Source: Neophaeotheca triangularis (taxonomy: Eukaryota). Taken from it: a DNA stretch of 64,000 nt. The DNA lies in contig BAAIJX010000006.1 in assembly GCA_054600435.1 (NCBI GenBank), positions 1-64,000 on the forward strand, given 5' to 3'. Positions 45,499 through 58,000 of this stretch are shown piece after piece. Position 1 is the first letter of the stretch. The number at the start of each line of letters is the position of its first letter. A model generated the notes under the pieces. It did not search any database. It saw nothing but the letters and a program-made list of their open reading frames with translations, and was not told the DNA's origin. The position numbers and the translations under genes are program-made.

Positions 45499-47145
45499 TC
45501 AGTCGCTCTCGCTTCTCTCTCCCTCTGCCGGCACGTCATGACCGATTTGCTTGTCGGGCCACTCCACAACAGGTACTCTTACCCGTCTCAAGCTTTCATC
45601 GCCCGCCTCGAGTCTTTTCAACTGCACCCTCGTTCTCAGCTGCGAGCGCCGTTGCATTCTCTGCTTGCGCCCCTCGGCACGCTCGTCCAGATACCGCAGC
45701 TCGTCCAACAGCCGCCGTTCCAAAGCCTCACTGTGCGCTTCATGTGTACTCTGCAACCGCTCGGCCTCTTTATCCTGCGCTATTGTGCGCCTCCTCATCC
45801 TCTGCCCTTGCTCGCCTCTGAGCACGTTAATGGCGCTGGCGTGCTTGCCGTCCATCTGGTCTCGCACCTTTCTCGCTTTTTCCAGCTCTTGCCAATCTTG
45901 CTCCGTGACCGTACGGCTGTGTCGCTCCCCGTTACTCAGAATCCCCGAACAGTAGGCTTCCATGTGCTTCAACGCCGTAGCATTGTCGCGCTTCTCCTGC
46001 GTGTGTGTGACCCGCATTTTTGCTTCCGCCTTGACCTGCTTGTCCTCGGCGTCCGTCACAGCCTCCGAGTGCTTTTCCAGCAGTTCGTCGAGTTCCCGAT
46101 TATGTCGTTGTTGCATTTGCTCTCGCAGCAGACTTTGCTGTTCTTGCAGCACTTGTCTCTGCTTCTCCACCCACCCAAGGAATCTATCACGCTGCTCCTC
46201 TTGACTTGCCCAGAACATGCGGAAGTCGGGCACATCCAGCATTTTTTCCAGCTCTTCTCGCGATGGAGGAGACGCGGGCTGTAACGTCGAGTCTGTGCGA
46301 CTCTTGCGGCCTTCTGTATCCGAGCGGGCGCGCGCAATCGACGCCACCTCGTCCCAGCGCTCCAGTCTGCTCAGCAGATCGCTCTGCTCCTCTTGCGTGG
46401 AAACGTGCTCTAGCAGCTTGGCCGGGATCGGTCTGCCGCAGCAGCAAGGTACCGCGCCTTTCTCCCGCCTACTCGCCGCCTTGATCGTATCCCGCAGTGC
46501 CTGCGTACACAGCCTATGCCCACACGGCAGCTTGTGTACCGCCCTTCTCGCGTCGTTGCTGCCTCGGGGACAATGCGGACAGCCCTCATGAAGCGACGAC
46601 GCCGAAGACGCCCTGTTCAGCTTCAGCAGACTCAGCCCGCGAATGCGGCGGAAATGCTTCTTGGGCGAGGCCTCGGGCGTCGACAACGGCAGCGAAAAGG
46701 CTGATTGCGAGGGCGTCGCCGGCGGCGAAAACGATATCGATGTCCCACCATCTGAAACCCCTCTCGCCACTAACGCATCGTAATCCTTCAGTGACAGCGA
46801 GGCGCGCGAGCGCTGCCCGTCGGGCGTCGTGCGCTGCGCATCCCGCGAGGCCTCGGAGAAATGCGACGTCAGGCCCGTCGACTGGGTGGCACGCGAGCAG
46901 CACGACGTCGACCTTCGAGGCACGTCCGACGACCCGGTCTTGGACGACTGCGACTTGCCTTCCCTCCACGACGATGGCGCTTCTGGCGTAGTTGGGATTT
47001 CGAATCCGAGCTCGCGCGCTTCCGCCCTCAAGGTCTCGTCCAGCTGGTCTTCCGACTCGCCGTCTTGGAGCGCCAGCACGTCGTGTGTATACGAGACATC
47101 GTCGTCGACAGGGTTGCGCTCGCTCGATGCATGCTGGCCGAGCAT
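45499..47145 (-). CDS. Hypothetical protein with RING/IBR-like Cys/His cluster and C-terminal coiled coil
   Basis: CPHC..HKLPCGHRLC..VPCCCG, followed by an E/Q/R-rich helical region with ALKHMEAYC. 548-aa ORF. Confidence 0.72.
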   Translation of the reverse strand: MLGQHASSERNPVDDDVSYTHDVLALQDGESEDQLDETLRAEARELGFEIPTTPEAPSSWREGKSQSSKTGSSDVPRRSTSCCSRATQSTGLTSHFSEASRDAQRTTPDGQRSRASLSLKDYDALVARGVSDGGTSISFSPPATPSQSAFSLPLSTPEASPKKHFRRIRGLSLLKLNRASSASSLHEGCPHCPRGSNDARRAVHKLPCGHRLCTQALRDTIKAASRREKGAVPCCCGRPIPAKLLEHVSTQEEQSDLLSRLERWDEVASIARARSDTEGRKSRTDSTLQPASPPSREELEKMLDVPDFRMFWASQEEQRDRFLGWVEKQRQVLQEQQSLLREQMQQRHNRELDELLEKHSEAVTDAEDKQVKAEAKMRVTHTQEKRDNATALKHMEAYCSGILSNGERHSRTVTEQDWQELEKARKVRDQMDGKHASAINVLRGEQGQRMRRRTIAQDKEAERLQSTHEAHSEALERRLLDELRYLDERAEGRKQRMQRRSQLRTRVQLKRLEAGDESLRRVRVPVVEWPDKQIGHDVPAEGERSESD

Positions 47146-47992
47146 GCTCGAGAAGCAAAGGGGGAGTCCAGAGTGGGAAGAATCCAGCGGCAGGACGAGT
47201 CTCTGCGAAAGAAAAGCAATAATGCAGACGTTCAGACAGGGTCGGGAAAGGGGAGGTTTTGGGGATCGTTAATGCAGCTGTGGAGCGATCATCATCCGGT
47301 CTGCATGTGTGTTTCGTTTAGTAGTGCGGGCCACGGTCTGGTTTGGGTGAAACGCTTGAAAGTCTAAACTGTTTTGGCTTTTGCTGACGCCGCTTGTCTC
47401 GTCTCGTCTTGCTCTTGGGTTTGGGTTTGGAAGACTGTGAGAGTGATTAATTGACTTCTGTCTCGGTTGCAGCGCTAGGACACGAAAGACGACCTACCCT
47501 CCTATTATCATACGAAAGGGAAGAGAGGATTGTTAGCGAGTTGAGTCGAGTCCTGCAGAGTTGGTGACGTTGGCGATGCTGTGCTCGAGTGGACTCGGAC
47601 AGTAAGTAGTCCGACTCCCTTCCAGCTTCCTCCCCTCCCTTCTTCGCTACCGAGAAATGGACCCTTAGAGAGCTCGGGGCTTTGGCCGTTTGAAGCGAAT
47701 CGAATCGACTCGACCACCCGACGTCAAGCAAACCATGACTTCTCTTCTAGCTCCGGCTTTTGTCACACTACTGCCGCTGTTGTTACGCGCGCGTGCGTCG
47801 TACATGTCAAATTGATTCCTACCAAGAAAAAGAAAAGACTCGTCTTCAAACGTTTGATACGAGACGCGAGTGCAGGTGGTAGTACTCACAGATGGATCCA
47901 ACTGCCGTTAAACGACAGGATATGTCGCCCCACAACAAATCAAGCGCGGCTACATACAAGTACATTAGTTGTACATACTAGTATACCTTACA

Positions 47993-48033
<41 letters not shown>
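47993..48033. repeat. (AAT)n microsatellite, about 13 units
   Basis: Perfect AAT run. Confidence 0.95.
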
Positions 48034-48035
<2 letters not shown>

Positions 48036-48827
48036 TAATAATCTTCAAATCACAAGTTCACCTTCTACACCTCCATACCTCCATCTAGCTAATCATCACA
48101 TCGTTAACTTACAAGTCTACCTAGGTACCTACAGTACCTACTTGTTCCACCCTCAATAATGCGGGGCAAGCTTGAAAGAAAGCAATCGACGCTTCCAATC
48201 TTTCTCCCACGTAAATTCAATTCAAATCACCCATCCGGGCAAAGAACTACTGCTACTACTACTTACTACTACTTCCAACTTCGCTGGCATCTGCACCTCT
48301 CAACTGTTCAAGGTTTGCAGCTACCGCTAGGGCGCCGGGCGGGCACGGCGGGGGCCCATGGTTTGGCGTAGGCGAGAACCACGCGGGTTGCTGCTGTGGT
48401 GATTGATTTGCTGCATACGGAAACAATAATGTAATGTTGGTGCTTGTGATGGATGGAGGGGAAGCTGGCTTTGCCTTGGGGAGTGGCTTTATGCGTTGTC
48501 CTTGTGTAAGTGCGACTGAATATGGGTGTGCGACAATGTCGACGGTGATGGTTCGTAGACAACACTCACTACTGAGAAAGATGGGCTCCTGGCGCTGAGG
48601 ATGAATGTCACCGGCGGCTTGCAATGGGCAGCGTGAGTGATGGATCGCCGGTGGCGCACACCGTTGTAGCTACCATTCGCGAGGACCATACGACAGTCCA
48701 AACCGACATCAACAACACTTGAAGCATCTAAGAACGCAAACCATGGATTGATTCATCATCATAATTTCATAACAGGTACCTCTCCTAGGTAGACAGACGG
48801 GCACGCGCGGTAAGCTCGTAAACTCTC

Positions 48828-50171
48828 TCACCGCCCACAACACAGCACCAACCTCCTCAGCCTCCCGCCAAACGAGGCTTTCTCCTCGAACCGCCCTCGC
48901 CTCCTCTCCTTAGCCTCCCTCCCAGCAGCGAGCGACCCCGACCGCTTCCAGCCAAACTTCCTCCGCAGCGCCGCAGCCCCCTCTCCCTCCTCATCATCGT
49001 CCCCATCCTCATCGTCATCATCAAAGAAACAAGCCGGATACTCTCCCCTTCCAAGCAGACTGCTAAAACTACCCCTAACAGCCGTGGGCCTAAAAGTCGC
49101 CGCCGTGGGCGATGTGATGGTGTCATCAGACCAGCGACTACTGACGCTCGCGTGCGGCGGCGTGGCCGTCGCGCTGGACGAAGAGCGATCGGTCGCCGTG
49201 GTGGAGTTGGAGAGGATGCGCATTGGGATGCTGCGGGTGCCGCCGGACGAGGAGCGGAAGGAATGCATGCTGTCTTTGCGGGTTTGGAAGGGTGGGGTTG
49301 GCAGTGATTCTTTTCGCGGGCGGTAGGAGGAGTCGGGGGCGCGGTGGAGGGGGATTGTTACGAGTTTGTCTTCGGCTGTGGTGGGCGAGGATGGATCCGG
49401 GGCGCGGTTTGTGGGAAACGGGTTTGTGGGAAACGGGTTTGTGGGTTTGGAGCTCAGGGGTGGTGGCGGGATCTTGTTGATGGGGGTCGGTTTTGTCGAG
49501 TCGGACGGCTCTCTGACTGCCGGGAAAAGATTGTAGCTTTTCTTCTGCCGGCTTTGTAGGGATGCAAGTTGGGATTCGGTTGGCAAAGGCGGTGAAAGTG
49601 GTACGAGAGCTGGCGGCTTGTCTTGCCTCTCTGCACCAGCCTTTGTGCTGGGCAGCGCTTGCTCACTATCGCCCAGGTTATTACTCGGTGTGGGCTTCGC
49701 TGCGTTCGAATGGATCAACCCGAAGTCGAATTGGTCCATGGCAGGGTCTTTTGGCGTCAGCGGAGGTACGAACGGAGCATCCAAAGAACTTCTATCGCCA
49801 AGGTAAAAGTCCAATACGCCGTAGGACACCTCCGACTGCCGGGTGCTGTACTGAGATGTGGCGCTCGGGGTCACAGTTCGCGCTGGCGTGGCCCCCCGTC
49901 TCGGCCATTCTGATATACAAGCAATGTCGACAACTTGCGGGTCTTTTGGGTTTTCGCATTGGCCGTTGCTCTCGACGCTCGATGGCGACCATTGCGACTT
50001 TACATCAGCTGGTGGCGGTCGCTTGTTCAAATTGAGTGGCGCCGGTCGCATATGGTTAGCTGCATGAGGTATCCTGACGCGCTCATCGCGAGCTTCCCCA
50101 TAAGCCCTGACTTTCCGTTTGGGTACTGGAGCCCAGCCCTCGGGCTGTAGTCGTCTAGGTATCGCGTCCAT
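48828..50171 (-). CDS. Hypothetical Pro/Ser-rich disordered protein
   Basis: 447-aa ATG-initiated ORF with islands VSYGVLDFY, YNLFP, SRWSDDT, YPACFFDDDD and a C-terminal LVLCCGR. Confidence 0.7.
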   Translation of the reverse strand: MDAIPRRLQPEGWAPVPKRKVRAYGEARDERVRIPHAANHMRPAPLNLNKRPPPADVKSQWSPSSVESNGQCENPKDPQVVDIACISEWPRRGATPARTVTPSATSQYSTRQSEVSYGVLDFYLGDRSSLDAPFVPPLTPKDPAMDQFDFGLIHSNAAKPTPSNNLGDSEQALPSTKAGAERQDKPPALVPLSPPLPTESQLASLQSRQKKSYNLFPAVREPSDSTKPTPINKIPPPPLSSKPTNPFPTNPFPTNRAPDPSSPTTAEDKLVTIPLHRAPDSSYRPRKESLPTPPFQTRKDSMHSFRSSSGGTRSIPMRILSNSTTATDRSSSSATATPPHASVSSRWSDDTITSPTAATFRPTAVRGSFSSLLGRGEYPACFFDDDDEDGDDDEEGEGAAALRRKFGWKRSGSLAAGREAKERRRGRFEEKASFGGRLRRLVLCCGR

Positions 50172-51227
50172 GGCTGCTTCCGTGGCTCTTCCAGACTAGC
50201 GACGATACGAAGGGGTGGCCGACGAGAGTATAGAGTATCAGCTGCGCATCCCTCTGCGCTCGCGAGGCATGTCATGATCACCCACCTATATACCACGTCA
50301 GTATCTAGCAAGGCCCGCTGGCCTGGGAGGTGAGGGATGGAATGAAGCGGCAACAACATCTTTTCGAGGCTTCAATGGGCCCACGCACTGAGGCGTCCTT
50401 GCCTGTCACGAGTCACGCTAGGCTCTTGTTGCTCTTTCAGGAGGGTATGCGGCTCCAGCCAGTTGTCTGACCTTTCATGCAAGGGATGTTTGGGAAGTTT
50501 TTTTTGAGCGATGTGAAAGTAAACAGTATTGCAATCCTGTCGGCAGATGACATACTCGAGAAATCTCAATGCTCGTTCAGTAGTCCTGATCTTCCCATGC
50601 CTAGGTTGCCTACCGTTTCCTCCATTATCGAGAGTTTGTTGAAGTTCTAAGTACGAGGGAAGGGGGTCAGCACAGAAAGGGGGGGGGGGTTTCGAGCGGA
50701 GAAAAGGAAGCTCTTCAACGCAGGGAGAATCTCAACAATCCATTCATCGAGAGTTATTCTCCAGGTTGTGATACAGATACCGAACCGACTCTAAAAGAGG
50801 GTGTGAGAAGGCGATACCCAGCGAGTTATTTCAACTTCTTTGATGTGTTGATGTGTCCAAGTGTCAGGGTTTGAGTTGTCCTTTCCGGCACGGGCCAACC
50901 GAGTCCCGGACTGCAACCTGCACCGCAGTCACAATACCAACCTCGACTGTTTGAAGTTTGAACCTAGGCAATTCATTCTCACACGCTCATCGCCGTCATT
51001 TGGTCGGAGACATGGAAGACTTGATAGCTCTCATCACTGCCATGCCCACGAGTAGACATATACCCGTCCAGCAACACCATTGCCGAATCGATAGTATCAC
51101 AGAATCTCCACCAAAACTTAGACAGCCCTTTTCGACCAAGCTCAAACCGTAGGATAGAGGCGTATCACCGTCAAATACACAACGATATATATCAGCCCCC
51201 TCGCCACCAACAGCCGGCGACACAAAC

Positions 51228-52313
51228 ATGAACGGCATCACCCCTGGACAAGCACCAGACATGAGCTACTTCGACGCGAACCCGCGGCCAAACAATCTAG
51301 ACAAACACAGCGACCTCGTGCGCCAATTCATCCAGCGACAAGTCCAACAAAAACGCCGAGTCGCCCTCGTAACCTCAGGCGGCACCACGGTCCCTCTAGA
51401 AAACCAAACCGTCCGCTTCATCGACAACTTCTCGGCCGGCACCCGCGGCGCCACGAGCGCCGAATACTTCCTGGAAAACGACTACGCCGTCATCTTCCTA
51501 CACCGGCAATTCTCTCTCCTGCCCTACTCCCGCCACTACAGCCACAGCACCAACTGCTTCCTCGACTTCATGACCTACGACGCCTCGGGAGCCGTGGTGG
51601 TGGACGACGAGTACCAAGCGCAAATGTCGGGCGTGCTGGAGAAGTACAAGCGCGCGCGCGCCGACGACACGTTGCTGCTACTCCCCTTCACCACCGTCAA
51701 CGAGTACCTCTGGTCGCTGCGAGAGATGGCGATGCTCATGCAGCCGCTCGGCGCCAACGGCGTCTTCTACCTCGCGGCCGCGGTTTCGGACTTTTTCGTC
51801 CCGGCCGAGCGCATGGTCGAGCACAAGATTCAGTCCTCGGAGGACTTTAACAACAGTGCGGCGGCGGCGGCGGCGACTGCGGGGTCGTCGAGCGAAGGCG
51901 GTGGCGGGGAGAGCGCGAAAGCACCTGCTGCTCATATGGAGGGCAAGTCGTTGATGATCGACCTGGATCCGGTGCCCAAGTTTTTGAAATCGCTCGTTGA
52001 TGCCTGGGCGCCGAAGAGCATGATTGTGAGTTTCAAGCTCGAGACGGACCCTTCCATGCTGGCTACCAAGGCGAGGTACGCGCTTGACAAGTACAGTCAC
52101 CATCTTGTCATTGGGAATTTGCTGGCTACGAGGAAGTACGAGGTTTTGTTTGTGTCTGCTGGAGAGGGCGAGCAATGGATCAGAACGCCCGAAGGGGAAG
52201 AGAATGCTGGCGGGAAGATGATGACCGGAGAGCCGACTGTGGAGATTGAGAGCTTGATTGTACCGGAGGTGGCCAAGATGCATTCGAGGCTTATAGAAGC
52301 CGCTTCACAATAA
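51228..52313 (+). CDS. CAB2: Phosphopantothenate--cysteine ligase
   Basis: VTSGGTTVPLE, VRFIDNFSAGTRGA, YLAAAVSDF, VSFKLETD, VIGNLL. Confidence 0.95.
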   Translation: MNGITPGQAPDMSYFDANPRPNNLDKHSDLVRQFIQRQVQQKRRVALVTSGGTTVPLENQTVRFIDNFSAGTRGATSAEYFLENDYAVIFLHRQFSLLPYSRHYSHSTNCFLDFMTYDASGAVVVDDEYQAQMSGVLEKYKRARADDTLLLLPFTTVNEYLWSLREMAMLMQPLGANGVFYLAAAVSDFFVPAERMVEHKIQSSEDFNNSAAAAAATAGSSSEGGGGESAKAPAAHMEGKSLMIDLDPVPKFLKSLVDAWAPKSMIVSFKLETDPSMLATKARYALDKYSHHLVIGNLLATRKYEVLFVSAGEGEQWIRTPEGEENAGGKMMTGEPTVEIESLIVPEVAKMHSRLIEAASQ

Positions 52314-52372
52314 ACTACTTTGATTGTCTCGTGCATGGCCGAAGCTTCTCTTACAAAAAGGTGTCTCGGCTG

Positions 52373-54319
52373 CTACAAAATGATGCGCCATTGCGCCGTG
52401 ATGTGTCTGAGCTTTGCACCGTACAGAACAAGCGGTACACCCAAGCACATGATTGCCGCAAAGACACCAGCTTGAGTGCCAAAAGCATCGACATAGCCCG
52501 CATCCGTGACCCAAGGCACGACCGGTTTCAAGACGCCGAATCCAACAATGTCTGAAAGATCGTTAGCACACGAGCTCTCGCCGTCGTCGAATGGGACGAA
52601 CTCACTCTTCAGCCCATTGACCAAAAGCAACGCATCTGCATTGACAGGAAGGTAGCAGTCCGACACGTAGCCTGGAAAGAGAGAAATCAGCAATTTTATT
52701 CCAAGATCGACGGCGATACACAGCCAGCAGCATCAAGCACATACTCATAGTGATGACGGGCACAGCCGTCAACCCAACCGCCACGAACCCATAGCCCCAA
52801 AACAGCGCCACCCAATGCCAACCGCCCGCGACGCCATAGCCGAAAACCAAACACCCAACCGGCACCAGCAAGCCAGGTACCAGCAGGAAATGCAGCCTCG
52901 TTTCCGGCCGGAAGACGCCCCCGCTCCTCCTACTCCGCCAGTCACAATAGCGATCCACGGCCCAACCGCCGGCGAAGGCTCCAAAGACATTACCAAGGAG
53001 CCCTGGAATGTTGAAGAGGCCGATGATGGCCGGGGCAAAATTGTAGGGCGGGGCGGAGAGCACGAAGGAGGAGAGGATGTTGATGCCGCCGACCCACGAG
53101 AGCGCGACGGCGTAGCCTAGGAAGGCGAAGGTGACGGCTGGGTAGAGCATCAGGGGGAGGGGGCGCAGGAAGAGTTTGAAGAGGTTCGTGTGTGCCGGAG
53201 TGCCGGTCCAGAGGGTCAGGGATTGGAGGTATGTCTGCCGGGGGATGGTGGGTGGATGGGAGGTGAGTGCGTACTCGTGGGGAGGTGTGGGCTTTTCCGC
53301 TGCTTCGTCGTCGGGAGTGGTGGTGTCGAGGGAGGGTGTGCTGGTGGGTGTTGAGAAGCCTGTGGAGAGGTCGTGGTTACGTTCGTATCGTGTTTCCGGG
53401 CAGAAGAATAGGACTAAGATCCAGTTTGCGGTTGTCAGGGCAAAAGCGATCCATTTGTGATAGCGCCATCCCAGGCCTTGCACCACGAAACCGCAAATCA
53501 AGGGTCCAATGGTGTTGCCTCCAGCTATACTGTTGATATAGAAGCTCATAAGAGTGCCTCTTTCGTGGAGAAAATACCTAGCACCACCATAGTCAGCAAT
53601 CGTGAGCGATCATGAAGCCAAATCACCTCAATTCCCACATGCAGCCAATAACCCAAGGGAGACAGGACATACAAATCATTGACGACCGCGGTCCCAACGG
53701 CCTCAGTACTGTCATTGGAGATTAGCAGTAGTTCTTGTCAGGTAAAGAGGCATGTGCGCCTGGGGACTAGCTGGCCCGAGAGGCGCTCGCAAGAGACGAC
53801 TTACGAACTCCCAGCAAAAGCTCCAACAATCCCACTCCACAACAAACTCTCAAAACTCCCCGCCAACGCACCCCAAAGATACGCAACCGCAAGTAGAAGA
53901 TTACAAAAGACAAAAACCGGCCTCTTGCCCACATAGTTCGCGATAGGCACCCAGAGGAAATTAAAGACCCCAAAAACCAAAATCGGCCAGAGCAGCAGAT
54001 TCGACGTCTGGTCTTGGGTTTTGCCGAATTCCTGGCTGATTGTTGCAAAAGCTGGAGCGAGGCCGCCGATGGCGAAGTTGGTCAGGAAGGTGAAGATGCA
54101 GACGGCGGTGAAAGTTGTGTGCTTTTTCCAGCGCGGCCAGCGGAGAGGGTCGTTGGGGTCGAGGGGGTTTGGTTGAGGGTGCAGGATTATTTGCTTTGCG
54201 TCATCTTCTGGATTGCTTCTTTCTAGGCCGCTATCGTCTGGGGAGGAGGGGACTCTGCTGTTGTGGAGTTTGACTGTGCCTTCGGAGCTGTCGAGTTCGG
54301 CGAGGGTATGAAGACGCAT
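52373..54319 (-). CDS. MFS transporter (DHA1/Hol1-like, multi-exon)
   Basis: PQP..DPNDPLRWPRWKK, YVGKRPV, FLHERG, GPLICGF, CPETRY, RPETRL. Several introns. Confidence 0.88.
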
Positions 54320-55067
54320 TGTCTCGAGCTCTGTCGGTCATTAGACTCGAGGCTTTTACTACAAGCTGTGTGTAATCCAGGCCTCGAACCAGGAAGGACG
54401 GGTTGCAGTAGAGGCGGGAGAAGAAGACGTCGTCGATGTCGTCGTGGTCGGCTTAGGAGTGCTGGTGGAATATTCGGGCTTCATCCCTCTTGAACAGGAA
54501 GAGAGGTTACCGATCGATTTCGTAGGGCACGTCTTTGAAATGACACTTTTGACAACAGCAGAGGAAACGGCGCAGTATGTTTGATCAGAAAAAAGATGGA
54601 AAGTGGCAAACAGACGAACGAGAGACATATAAGTTACCTCAACCGCGATAAACGTGCAGAGTAAAGAAAAGTACCCACGGATAAGCAAAACGTTCAAGCA
54701 TCGCACCCACCACGCTTAGCTCTTTGCAGCTGCTTGATTGCAGCTCTTTTGGCTCTAATTCGACAAGAGTAACTAGTACTAGTAGAATACTGTACGTTCG
54801 GAGAGTCCCAGAGGGTGATGTGGGTGGTGGAGATGTTGATCAATCGAAGACAAAAGGTAAACGGGTGAGTGACTCGTGAGCCAAGCGGAGAATGAGGAGC
54901 CGACAAACTCGGACTGCACCTCAAAAAGCTCAGCGCGTGGAGTCGGTCACGTGCCGGGGTATCCAAATATCCAGACTTAGCGAAAAAAGGGGTATCTTAA
55001 ACACACTGCCCCAAACACCACCATCATGCAAAGAAGCTAGACTACCAGCCCACCCTTTCTTTCCACC

Positions 55068-58000
55068 TCACCATTCCAAGTCTTCTCTCCTCGCCTCCAA
55101 CTCCTCCAAGACGCTCACAACCCTGCCAACCCCATTCCTCACCGCGCCCAAAGCCGTCCCAGCCTTGACTCGACTATAGAAAACCGGACAATCTCGACTA
55201 TCACACTTGACCTCCTCACCAAAAGCCAATCCCGCACAACTCCTACAGACCGCCTCTAAATTCCCAAACCGCTCCTCGGCCTTGCCCACCTTCCTCCTGA
55301 GCGCCAAAAGCGTCCGTTGCGTCCTCTGCTCCCTACAACCCTTGCAAAGCGGCAATGCCACACCACCCTCCTGCCGCAATTGTATCTGCTCTCCGCGTGT
55401 CAACGCCGGCACCCGCGCCCTGCAAACCAGACACAGCGAGCTGCCCATATAACTCTCCATCGTCTTCCTCTTCCCTTTAATGCCCCCCACTCCCTCATCC
55501 CCACCGCCACCACCAGCAATCTGCCGGATCCTCACAACCTTAGGCATATCCTCCCACCACCCGCGCACGTTCGCCCCGACAAGGTTAAAAATCCTCTCCA
55601 ACGGCGGAATCAAATTCTTATTGATATAATACTCGGCATCCAGCTCCTTGCCGGCATCTCCCAACAGCACCTCGGGCTCGACGCAGCGTTCAAAAAGCCG
55701 CGCACCCGGACCGCCCGCGATGACCACATACGGCACGCGCTCGCCGTATTGGGGTTCCAGCCGCGGGTCGCGGAGCATGCGTTTCGTGGCAATCAGTGCT
55801 CCTGGAGGAGGGGGGCCGCGATCGGCATAAGTGCCGAGTTTGACCTCTTTGGCGAAGCAAAAGTCTTGGACCGAGTATCTGCCCGTCAGGATCTTGGTGC
55901 ACTGCGCTTGGAAGTAGGCTTTGACTTGCGAGAGGTCAGCGGTTCGGAAGAGCAGCTTGAGCGCCTTTTCTTCAATCTTCTGCTCTGCGGGCGTGCCGTC
56001 GCGGCGGACCGTTTCGATGCCTTTTGCGTCAAAGTCCGGCTCGGTCTGCGAGGGCGACTCGTATTTGAAACCTACGTAGCGCTTTTTGGCGAGCAGGACG
56101 CAGGGGTGGTAGACTTTTTCGAATTTGAGCTTGACGGGGCGGGGATTGGTGGCGGTCACGGCTGAGCTGATTTCTTCACCAATGGCGAAGGCTTGCGCGC
56201 GGCTGCGGTTGGGGAGGTGGATGAAGAGGGAGTCGGTGTCGCCATAGACGACTTCGGCGCCCCAGCGCTCGACACTGTGGATGAGGGCAATGGCCTTTTC
56301 GAGCGTCTCCCGGCCTGTCTGCACAATGCTGTCGGCGATTTCGGAGCATGGCATGCGACCGCTGAAGCTGGCGGAGGTGTAACCATAAGTGACGTTTGCA
56401 ATGAGTTTCAGCGCGAGTTGACGGTTGTTGAGGAGTTGTTGCAGAGTTTTGTCGTCTTTGTCCACTTTCATGCCGCTCTTCACCATGACACGCGTTTCCA
56501 GAATCTCGCCCAACATTTTCGCCAAAAGTGACTTGCGCATCGACGGTTTGACGTACATCATGCCGTTGGGCGCAATGTTTAGGTGGTCCTTGACGAGCTC
56601 GAGTAAGCCCGGTGAGCGTTGGAAGTCGGCGAACCCGAGCTTGTTGGTCCCGCGCCAGTTGACTATCCGACCAAGGCAGGTCGAGTAGCAGTAATTGTAA
56701 GCGATCATGACGCTGGGGTACAGACTCTGAAAGTCCAGCACAAGTACAGGGCTGCTGTAGAAATCCGACTGGGGTTCCATGACTAGCGGCAAGCATTCCA
56801 GCGCGTTTTGACTACCGACCTGTTTCCGCGACGGCGATACCAAGACGAAAGACTCGGGTTTTGCAATGCGGAACATCAGCGACTCCACTTTGAATTGACT
56901 GCCTCGACTAAAGACAGAGAAGAAGTCTACGCCGAGTAGTCTTGCTTGCTCCGAGGTTCGCGGTATGAGCTCATTCGCGGATAAAATCTCGAGATCGAGC
57001 TGGGTGCGCGACAAATGGTAGTCCAATACCTTGGCGAGGTGGCGAGGTGTGCCGCTTCGGTACCATCGCGTGAGTGTCGCAGGCGAGTAGTGCGGGATAC
57101 GACGGTGCAGTAGGTGGAAGGCAACATTCTCCATGGTGTACTGCAGCAGGTTGAGTTCCGACCGCATGGCGCGCCAGATGTTGATTGTATGTCTGCCGGT
57201 GATACTGACAGTCGATGTATGCGTAAAGCCCCAACGATCTGCATCTTTACCAAATCGGCCATGACTCTGCGACTTCATCCGACTGAATTCATCGGGGAGG
57301 TTAAATTCATACTTGAGTCTGGCACGTTCGATCAGATAACCCCAGCTGGCGTTGTGAACTTCGTAGCCAGTGAGTATGTCCGGGTCTAGTTCGCGAACAA
57401 TGTCCACCATCTTGTTGATGAGATCGAGCTCGTCGTCTTCTTCTTCGACTTTGACATCGCCGCCGATTGCTTTGCGGATTCGTTCTGTTTGGCCTTCGGC
57501 ATTGTTGAGGACGAGAATGCCATTCTGCACCGCATCATCGGCTTGCTCGTCTGATAGGCACCAAAAGACTAGAGCTATTTCATCGTGCTCGGGGTCAGGA
57601 GCAAGGTCGGCTCGGCTGTTGACGTGTACTTCCAAACTCATAGTCGACATGTACCCCGTCTCGTGCTGAACGCTCGTACTCGACTTCTTCTGCGAGTATT
57701 TGAAGCCATGCTTGTTCTTCTGGGTCGGTCCATCGATCTGCGAAAGCTCCGCAGCCGGTCGGTTCTTGCGCTTGATGCTAGCTGGGGTGGCGGCGGGAGC
57801 TGCATCGATTTCGAGATCATCCAGCTCGTCTCTCGGGGGCGGTGCTTCCGACTTCATCCAGGCGGCAACTTCGCAAAACGTAGGGGGTGATTTCAGAATC
57901 TCCCAACTTCTCAGCTTGCATTGCCGTCTTCGTCTGCTATCTTGCAAAGCCTCCTTGGCTCTATCGCGTACGACCGCTTTGCTAGTGGTAGTAGTATCAC

